The position numbers and the translations under genes are program-made. Of a stretch of DNA of 64,000 nucleotides, positions 57,435 through 64,000 are shown in pieces. Under the pieces are notes generated by a model, which had not been told where the DNA came from, ran no database searches, and saw only the letters and a list, made by a program, of their open reading frames with translations. The DNA comes from Poseidonia sp. (GTDB lineage: Archaea; Thermoplasmatota; Poseidoniia; Poseidoniales; Poseidoniaceae), in assembly GCA_022426155.1 (NCBI GenBank), contig JAKMEE010000047.1, positions 5,968-69,967 of the forward strand, written 5' to 3'. The stretch's first letter is position 1; each line of letters begins with the position of its first letter.

Positions 57435-58359
57435 CGAAACGAGATCCCAAACACCAAGCAACCTTTCCATACAACTTGTGACAGTTTTGGTCGTAGGTCT
57501 CTCTTTTTGGTTTGTATTGTCCCAACTCGACTCCAGTGAAATCGATATCACTGAGACCTTATCCAATGCCAACTCGTGGCTACTTGCAGCGTTTTTATGC
57601 ATTATTGCTCTGACTACAATTAGCCCTTTATTGTGGAAAGTCCTCATGTATGGGAGCGGGGCAAACATTCCACTCAAAACCTGTTATGGCCTCTGGTGGA
57701 CGACCAATATTGCAAAATATATTCCTGGCAAAGTAAGTCTGGTTTTAGGCCGGGTTTGGGTCTCTCGGCGATGGGGTTCAACCGTGGTACTGGAATCCTT
57801 TATCTGGGAATTTTTGGTCAGTGTTACATCTGCAGCATTTGCAGCGTCGTTCTTGTTGACTCTTGAAGGCTATCCGGTGGCCAGTAAGGCGACCATTGGA
57901 TTAGGATGTCTGCTCAGTCTACTTCCGATTTTGAGCCCAAAACTAACACAACAATTGGTTCGAAAACCGTTGGTGTTCTTCGGAAAGGGTGATTGGAATA
58001 CCGAAATTTCCATGACGAGGAAGACCTATATTCTTGCAATGATTTTGATGACCATCATTTGGATTTTATGGGGCTGTGCCCACAAATTTATTCTGTTGGG
58101 AGTGGGATACGACGCTCCATTCCATTTGCTCATTGGAGCCTTTGCAGTAGCATGGTTTGCAGGTTTCGCTGCTTTCTTCCTTCCAGCTGGGTTTGGGGCA
58201 CGAGAAGGCGTGTTTACCTACACTCTTTCTTTCTTCCTCGGCGCTGGAATCAGTGCCTTATTGGCTCTCCTTTCACGAACCATGAACATCTTAGCCGATG
58301 CACTTCTTTTCTTTGTTGGTCTGTTCATTTACAGAACTGAAGACCACGAGGAAGAATGA
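57427..58359 (+). CDS. Flippase-like membrane protein (LPG-synthase TM / UPF0104-type domain)
   Basis: About 310 aa and polytopic. AKYIPGKVSLVLGRV and FFLPAGFGAREGVF motifs. It overlaps the GT4 stop by 8 nt. An alternative ATG lies at 57412. Confidence 0.75.
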   Translation: MTNETRSQTPSNLSIQLVTVLVVGLSFWFVLSQLDSSEIDITETLSNANSWLLAAFLCIIALTTISPLLWKVLMYGSGANIPLKTCYGLWWTTNIAKYIPGKVSLVLGRVWVSRRWGSTVVLESFIWEFLVSVTSAAFAASFLLTLEGYPVASKATIGLGCLLSLLPILSPKLTQQLVRKPLVFFGKGDWNTEISMTRKTYILAMILMTIIWILWGCAHKFILLGVGYDAPFHLLIGAFAVAWFAGFAAFFLPAGFGAREGVFTYTLSFFLGAGISALLALLSRTMNILADALLFFVGLFIYRTEDHEEE

Positions 58360-59295
58360 TCAAATTTCTTTTCCGAAGAACTGACGATTTCGTTTTTGAG
58401 AGGAATTGTAGGCAATGGTTTCTCCCAAGAGTCCCAAGAAGAAAAATTGAACTCCGAGAATACACAATAACACTCCTAACGATAAGAGAGGTCTGTCACC
58501 AATTCCCTCTCCGAGAATGTATTTCACACCTACCAAGTAGCTGCAGATGAGGACCCCTGTGGCAGTAAGAAATCCTCCAATTTTCCCGAACAAATGGAGT
58601 GGCCTTTCGATAAACGTCATCAAGAAAGAAACCGTCAAGAGATCGAACAACCCTCTGAGCAATCTTTTGCCACCATATTTTGATTTCCCATGCAACCTAG
58701 GGCGGTGTTCAATCGCGATTTCACAAATCCGTGCCCCGTTCATTTTACCCAATACGGGAGTGTATCTGTGCATGTCTCCGTAGAGGTTGAGGCTACGGGC
58801 TAGTTGGGTATCGTAGGCTTTGAATCCACAATTCATGTCGTGTATTTCAATTCCACACATGTAGCGGGTTAGTTTGTTGTAAACCTTCGAAGGCCATCTC
58901 TTGAAAATATTGTCTTGACGCTTAGATCTCCATCCACAAACGATGGTGTAGCCCTCGTCAATTTTTTCTAAAAATCTTGGAATTTCAGCCGGGTCATCTT
59001 GGAGATCTCCGTCCATGGTAATGGATACATTGCCTTGTGCATTGTGGAATCCGGTTGCCAAGGCGATGGCCTTCCCGAAGTTTCGGTTGTGCTGTATCAC
59101 TCGAATGGTGTCATCATTCTCTTTCATTTGATTTAATTTTGCGACGGATGAATCGGTTGAACCATCGTCGATGAACAGAATTTCGTAATTAAGCGACTTT
59201 ATTTCATCGTGAATTTCGTTTACCAATGGTTCTAGATTCTCCTCTTCATTATACACTGGAATGACGACAGAGAGGTCAATCGTTGAATCAGACAT
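58360..59295 (-). CDS. GT2 family polyprenyl/dolichyl-phosphate glycosyltransferase (DPM1/GtrB-like) with C-terminal TM helices
   Basis: Start at MSDSTIDLSVVIPVYNEEENL. DGSTD, and the DxD-type motif MDGDLQDDP. Two C-terminal TM helices. The 47-codon upstream extension in the track ORF was trimmed. Confidence 0.9.
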   Translation of the reverse strand: MSDSTIDLSVVIPVYNEEENLEPLVNEIHDEIKSLNYEILFIDDGSTDSSVAKLNQMKENDDTIRVIQHNRNFGKAIALATGFHNAQGNVSITMDGDLQDDPAEIPRFLEKIDEGYTIVCGWRSKRQDNIFKRWPSKVYNKLTRYMCGIEIHDMNCGFKAYDTQLARSLNLYGDMHRYTPVLGKMNGARICEIAIEHRPRLHGKSKYGGKRLLRGLFDLLTVSFLMTFIERPLHLFGKIGGFLTATGVLICSYLVGVKYILGEGIGDRPLLSLGVLLCILGVQFFFLGLLGETIAYNSSQKRNRQFFGKEI

Positions 59296-59380
59296 GGAGT
59301 TTCCTATCGCAGATTCAATATATGCGTTTTGTAACTTGGTCCGCCCGATTCTATTTATACGAAGGGATTTCGCTTGGGGG

Positions 59381-60730
59381 ATGGAGGAAATGAGGTTGTC
59401 CAATCCAAAAATTCTCCAAGTGATTGATGGTTTCAATCAAAAATTTCTGAGAATGTTTGACAAATTTGAAAAATTCTCGAACAAAAAAGTCTACTTCGGC
59501 TTATTTTTGCTAACATTCATCATGGCGTCCCCCATGCTTCTTGCTTACGAACTTGAAAATGATTCAACAAGGTTTGAACACAAAGACTTGGACATCTTTC
59601 GAGACCGTGCTCAAACCATCATCGATGGAGATCTATTGTACCGTGATACAGAGCATGTGACCCTCTCCCCTCCATTGATCAACTATCTTTTCATTCCCGC
59701 AGTTTTGTTGGGAAATACAGCTTTCATCTGGACACTTTGGTTCTGCGTGTTTGTTTTTACATCCGCTGTGATTCTACATCACATTCTCTTGTCATTTTTT
59801 GACAAGCGCTACGCCATAGCAGGGACGATATTTTACATCGCATCTCCGCTGTCACATTACACGACGGTCATGATGATGCAAGACGATGCGATTATCGTTA
59901 ATTTCTTACTTCTTGCCTTCTTATTCATGATTCGGAAAAGTTGGTACAAAGCCGCTGCAGTCTTTGGATTCGGTGCGATGACAAAATTGTTCCCTGCACT
60001 TTGCGCGCCACTCGCAGCAGTTGGGCCCAAACTATGGAAGAAACGATTTATTGCCATGTCCATCGGTCTTGGGATTGGAATTCTCGTGACCCTCCCTTTC
60101 TTGCTTCATGCCACAGATGAATTCTTACAATTTCTCAATTTTTACTTAACCGGACAACAGCCGAATTCAGATCTTCAGATGTCAGAGACCGTTTCAGATA
60201 TTGACCAGCGCGGCATGTCATTCTGGCGATATTTGGGAGAGAACATCGTCTTCGTACCAAGTTCGATTCTGCACATCATTTTCGTCCTGGCAATCTCCAC
60301 AACATGGGCAGCAGCACTTATGAAAAAAATCGAGATTATTCCCGCGTTTACACTTTGCATACTTTGGATATTCATCTTTTATTCAAAAGTACATTATGGA
60401 TACCACCTCATGATATTTTCATTACTCATTCCATGGGCACTCCCCCATCCTAAGCAAGTAGCAGGCTTGGGTGTTATGAGCTTCTTTCTCATCCTCATCC
60501 ATCGGATGTGGAGGCAAAATTCCATGATTCAAAACAACGTAATCCAATTATTATTTGCGACGATAATGTGGTTGTATTGGGTGCACTGGGCCCGAGTTCT
60601 TCTCAAGGAAAGGAACAATGAATTTTCAGGCCCGATGGAGTGTCATCAGTCAACCATTCTCGTCATTTCATGGTTCACCGTTTTCTGTATTGCTTACTAC
60701 TTGCTAGCAATGGTCCAAATATTACTTTGA
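59381..60730 (+). CDS. GT-C fold integral membrane glycosyltransferase-like protein (DUF2029/GT87-like)
   Basis: More than 10 TM helices. The first loop contains DIFRDRAQTIIDGDLLYRD. The start is uncertain (59381, 59390 or 59453). The track start at 59261 overlaps the divergent GT2 gene. There is no WWDYG motif, so it is not AglB. Confidence 0.7.
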   Translation: MEEMRLSNPKILQVIDGFNQKFLRMFDKFEKFSNKKVYFGLFLLTFIMASPMLLAYELENDSTRFEHKDLDIFRDRAQTIIDGDLLYRDTEHVTLSPPLINYLFIPAVLLGNTAFIWTLWFCVFVFTSAVILHHILLSFFDKRYAIAGTIFYIASPLSHYTTVMMMQDDAIIVNFLLLAFLFMIRKSWYKAAAVFGFGAMTKLFPALCAPLAAVGPKLWKKRFIAMSIGLGIGILVTLPFLLHATDEFLQFLNFYLTGQQPNSDLQMSETVSDIDQRGMSFWRYLGENIVFVPSSILHIIFVLAISTTWAAALMKKIEIIPAFTLCILWIFIFYSKVHYGYHLMIFSLLIPWALPHPKQVAGLGVMSFFLILIHRMWRQNSMIQNNVIQLLFATIMWLYWVHWARVLLKERNNEFSGPMECHQSTILVISWFTVFCIAYYLLAMVQILL

Positions 60731-60799
60731 TGACAAGCAATGAATCTGACGCTCTCATTTTAGGAGACATATCGGTCTACAATGAGGCTCTCCACATGT

Positions 60800-61642
60800 T
60801 CACTTATGCTTCCAAACGGGTGTTTCTCGGTTGATGAAGGCTTGAACACCGATTTCTTTGTCTTGGCTATCAAATAAACCAGCAAAGGCTTCTGCTTCTG
60901 TGGCCACACCTTGGGTCATGCCTTGGTCGAGAGATGACCGAATCACTTCCTTCCCCACCTTGAGGGCATGAGATGATTTTGAGCCGATGATTCGGGCCAT
61001 AGTAAAGACGGTATCATGCAGTTCTTCAGCCGTTACCACATGATTCACCAAACCAATTCGTTGAGCTTCTTCAGCACCTACCATTTCACCAGTCATGGTC
61101 ATCTCGTGTGTTTTCCCATAGCCCACAAGGCGTGCTAGTCGTTGCGTTGCACCGTAGCCTGGGATCAATCCAAGATTGATTTCAGGTGTCCCAAATTTCG
61201 AACGGTCACTGGCAATTCGGATGTCGCATGAGCACGCCACTTCGCATCCTCCACCCAAAGCGAATCCATCCACCATCGCGATGGTTGGTTTACTGAGATT
61301 CCACAATGCCTCGACGGCGTTATCGTGGAATTTTATTCGAATATCATCGCTCTTGGCTCCAGCAAATTCAGTAATGTCAGCACCCGCAACAAAGGCATGA
61401 GGTTTTGCCCGCTTACCTTCTGGTGGTTCATTGGGAGATGCTCCTGTAACCACCATGCAACGTACGTTTTCCGTCGCTTCAACCCATGCGCACACGGCTT
61501 TGATCCCGTCCATGACTTCAGCGTTCAAGGCGTTCATTTTATTGGGGCGGTCAATGATCATGCAAGCAATGAATCCGAGGTCTTGCTCTTCATCTACTGG
61601 GTGGAGTTCAACCTTCAAGACGGGACTTTCGGGGGGGTTCAT
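60800..61642 (-). CDS. Enoyl-CoA hydratase/isomerase (crotonase) family protein
   Basis: 280 aa. Oxyanion-hole/catalytic region FVAGADITEF and GFALGGGCEVACSCDIRIAS. Confidence 0.9.
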   Translation of the reverse strand: MNPPESPVLKVELHPVDEEQDLGFIACMIIDRPNKMNALNAEVMDGIKAVCAWVEATENVRCMVVTGASPNEPPEGKRAKPHAFVAGADITEFAGAKSDDIRIKFHDNAVEALWNLSKPTIAMVDGFALGGGCEVACSCDIRIASDRSKFGTPEINLGLIPGYGATQRLARLVGYGKTHEMTMTGEMVGAEEAQRIGLVNHVVTAEELHDTVFTMARIIGSKSSHALKVGKEVIRSSLDQGMTQGVATEAEAFAGLFDSQDKEIGVQAFINRETPVWKHK

Positions 61643-61736
61643 GACCGTCCCATTGGGTTCCCGTTCATGATTTCATCGCCCCCAACCCAATGGATACGAA
61701 GCAAGGTATGAAATCCCCCAACAGGGCCCTAAGAGC

Positions 61737-62525
61737 ATGGCTGATGACCTTGGGCCGCTAGTCAGCGCAAAAGACATGGCCAAAAAATACGGCGACTTTA
61801 TTGCCCTTCACCCTCTGAATGTTGAGGTTTATCCCGGTGAATTCTTTGGAGTCTTTGGACCAAATGGGGCTGGAAAATCCACGTTCATCAAACTCCTCAC
61901 TGGTCAATTACGCCCGAGCAAAGGACGAATTGAGGTGCTTGGTGTCGATGCTGTTGAAGACCCTCAAATGGTCAAAGCCAACATCGGCATTGTCCCAGAA
62001 TCAGAATCTCCTCCATCGTTCCTAACACCGGTTGAATTTCTTGAATTCGTGGCACGTCTGCGAGGTGTTGATGACATGCAAAAGAGTGTTGAGCATTGGA
62101 TTGACTGGTTTGGTTTGCAGGAAAAGCGTGACACAATGTGTAAGGATCTCTCAAAAGGGCAACGACAAAAAGTGATGCTTGCCAGTGCCTTCATTCACAA
62201 GCCGAAACTCCTGTTCTTGGACGAACCTTTTGCGAACCTCGACCCTATTTATCAACGAAAATGCCGCCAATGGCTGATGCAACATGTGGCCGAAGGAGGT
62301 ACAATTTTCCTTTGTTCTCACGTCCTTGAAATGGCAGAACGAATGTGCAACAGAATGGCGATTATCAATGACGGGAAGGTGCTGGCCGCTGGCACCGTGA
62401 AAGGATTGAAAAAATCCGAGAATGAAACGCTCGAAGATGTTTTTATTCGCCTCGTTGGGCATTCAATTGAGGACGTTGAACGATTGACAGAAGAAGGCGT
62501 ATCCATCGATGATTCGGAGGAATGA
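61737..62525 (+). CDS. ABC transporter ATP-binding protein
   Basis: 262 aa. Walker A GPNGAGKST, signature LSKGQRQKV, Walker B LLFLDEP. Confidence 0.92.
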   Translation: MADDLGPLVSAKDMAKKYGDFIALHPLNVEVYPGEFFGVFGPNGAGKSTFIKLLTGQLRPSKGRIEVLGVDAVEDPQMVKANIGIVPESESPPSFLTPVEFLEFVARLRGVDDMQKSVEHWIDWFGLQEKRDTMCKDLSKGQRQKVMLASAFIHKPKLLFLDEPFANLDPIYQRKCRQWLMQHVAEGGTIFLCSHVLEMAERMCNRMAIINDGKVLAAGTVKGLKKSENETLEDVFIRLVGHSIEDVERLTEEGVSIDDSEE

Positions 62526-64000
62526 ACGTGGGCGAGACCACCATTGAATCCGTCCCTTGGTCCAACGATTCAAACGCGCACGGGCCCATGTTAGGAACTT
62601 CTACTCATGGAGCCATTCTGACTGAACCGCTCCGTGGGTGGCGTGCATTTACGACGACGTTCAGAGTGATGTTTCTTGAAGAGGGGCGTAAAAGTCTGGA
62701 GTTCGCTAAAAAGCGACAAATGGTTCTGTTTCCCCTCCTCCTAACCCTCGTGACGGCCATCTCAACCATCGGCCTCCAATTTTTAGTGGGCGATTCAGCG
62801 GCCCAATCCTCTGATTTGGAGTCAAAGACCTTCTCTTGGCAGCAACTTCGTTTTGGGCTACACATGCCTTTGTTCATGTTTTCATTGGGCATGGGAACTT
62901 TCGCTTTCATTGGCCGGGATGCCATCGTTCGGCGAACTGCTAGCAAAAATTTCTTACTCGCTGCACCAGCACTGCAACCATTGCCCAATTCCATGGCACA
63001 TTTCGTTTATTTCGTCAAGGATTTGATGTTCTATGTGATGCTCATTTTGACACCCATTATCTGTGGTATGGCATTGGGGATTCTGATGGATGGGACCAGT
63101 GGTATTCGAACACCACTGGCCTGGAGTTCGTTACCCTGGACTTGGCTGGCCATGGTGACAACGTTGGGTCAAGGCCTCTCGCTTTCGTTCCTCGCATCCG
63201 CTCTGTGGATGAGAGGCAGGCCGTACACATTGGTTGGGCCTGCCCTTGTCGTTCTGGCCGGAGTATGCATTGGAATTGGATGGTTACCCATCGATGCTAT
63301 GCTTTGGGGGCTCGCTGCACAGTCAAGCCAAAATGGCGGATACATACTGCTCGGCCTTGCCTTTTCGATCTTCCTTGGATTTCTAGCTTCAAAGCTTATT
63401 CTCGATGATTTTGACGTACACGTTGTTCAACAAGGGGACCTCCTTACTCCGATGTACGACAGGTTGAGTTTTCTCGGGCGGGGAGAAATACGTCTCATTG
63501 TTGCGAAAGAATTCGTTGATTTGTTCCGTTCAGGAGCAATCAAGAAAATGACGGTGTCCTATGCCATTCCATTATTGGTCTTGCTGGGAATGGCATGGCT
63601 CGTTGATTTCGCAGAGGCTCCAATCCCGATCAACCTCCTCTCCTATGCCCCGTTCCTCGGTTTTTTTGGATTCAATTTCTATTCCTGGCTGACCATCCTT
63701 GATTCACCTGATTTCATGAACGGTTTACCTCTCAAGGTTCCTGATTTGATTCGGGCGAAAGTGGTGGTGTATTTCTTGGCCACCTCATGGATTTCATTGA
63801 TCTTCATCGTTCTGATGGCGTGGCGGTTGGACGAATGGAATTCCCTCCCAACCAGCATCATCGTCATGTTTGCGAATTCGATTTACATCGTGGCACTGAC
63901 TGCCTTTTTGATGGGCTTACGCCCGAATAAAGCGATTTTTGATGCCTCGGTCATGATTTGGTTTTGGATTGGGACCGTCCTTCCTTTGCTCGGTCTCTTT
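62522..64000 (+). CDS. ABC transporter-associated polytopic membrane (permease-like) protein; 3' end outside the window
   Basis: The ATG at 62522 overlaps the ATPase stop (ATGA). The frame stays open for 493 codons to the window end. It is missing from the ORF track because there is no stop. Multiple hydrophobic helices are present. Confidence 0.65.
   Translation, partial: MNVGETTIESVPWSNDSNAHGPMLGTSTHGAILTEPLRGWRAFTTTFRVMFLEEGRKSLEFAKKRQMVLFPLLLTLVTAISTIGLQFLVGDSAAQSSDLESKTFSWQQLRFGLHMPLFMFSLGMGTFAFIGRDAIVRRTASKNFLLAAPALQPLPNSMAHFVYFVKDLMFYVMLILTPIICGMALGILMDGTSGIRTPLAWSSLPWTWLAMVTTLGQGLSLSFLASALWMRGRPYTLVGPALVVLAGVCIGIGWLPIDAMLWGLAAQSSQNGGYILLGLAFSIFLGFLASKLILDDFDVHVVQQGDLLTPMYDRLSFLGRGEIRLIVAKEFVDLFRSGAIKKMTVSYAIPLLVLLGMAWLVDFAEAPIPINLLSYAPFLGFFGFNFYSWLTILDSPDFMNGLPLKVPDLIRAKVVVYFLATSWISLIFIVLMAWRLDEWNSLPTSIIVMFANSIYIVALTAFLMGLRPNKAIFDASVMIWFWIGTVLPLLGLF

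Noticed and set aside
1-64000. CRISPR arrays, long tandem or inverted repeats, IS elements, rRNA/SRP/RNase P RNAs
   Set aside because: I saw none while reading every intergenic spacer longer than 80 nt. Spacers are short and mostly promoter-like. I cannot exclude dispersed repeats without a computational self-alignment (dot plot).

Overview
This is a densely coding archaeal chromosomal segment. I call about 57 protein genes and one tRNA-Gly(GCC). By eye I found no rRNA, CRISPR array, transposase or integrase. Archaeal hallmarks are a thermosome, Alba, Cdc48, deoxyhypusine synthase, Bud32, an NcsA/TtuA-type PP-loop enzyme and TATA-like boxes. GGTGA/GAGGTG Shine-Dalgarno-like motifs sit in front of internal operon genes. 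Bacterial-type DnaK and ThrRS are also present. Acidic proteins and several very large membrane or surface proteins suggest (inference only) a marine planktonic Thermoplasmatota-like (MGII/MGIII-like) euryarchaeon. Housekeeping content: sdhC-like/sdhA/sdhB, an aldehyde dehydrogenase, pyrBI, pyrG, thrS, tdh, pepA, an M14 carboxypeptidase, an agmatinase/pyruvoyl-decarboxylase/deoxyhypusine synthase module, nadA, crcB, a HAM1/RdgB NTPase, a sirtuin, Mrp plus DUF971, an enoyl-CoA hydratase and an ABC transporter. Two real ORFs run off the window edges and are missing from the supplied ORF track: 1..1182 on the minus strand and 62522..64000 on the plus strand. The most unusual locus is a minus-strand operon at 13313..17090. 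It encodes a stand-alone Roadblock/LC7 protein, a 1062-aa protein with an internal Roadblock-like domain, a PATAN/DUF4388-like module and a ~290-aa coiled coil, and a 77-aa two-TM protein. No small GTPase is encoded anywhere in the window. Other loci worth a second look: uncharacterised giant membrane/helical-repeat proteins, one coupled to thrS; a MoxR-less DUF4350/DUF58 cluster behind Cdc48 and a PRC-barrel protein; a cysteine-free Mrp/NBP35 with an Ig-like insertion; an sHSP-like/dnaK/thermosome operon without grpE or dnaJ; a very basic ORF in an A-rich spacer; and an AT-rich glycosylation island. All functional calls come from motif recognition by eye. No database search was run.
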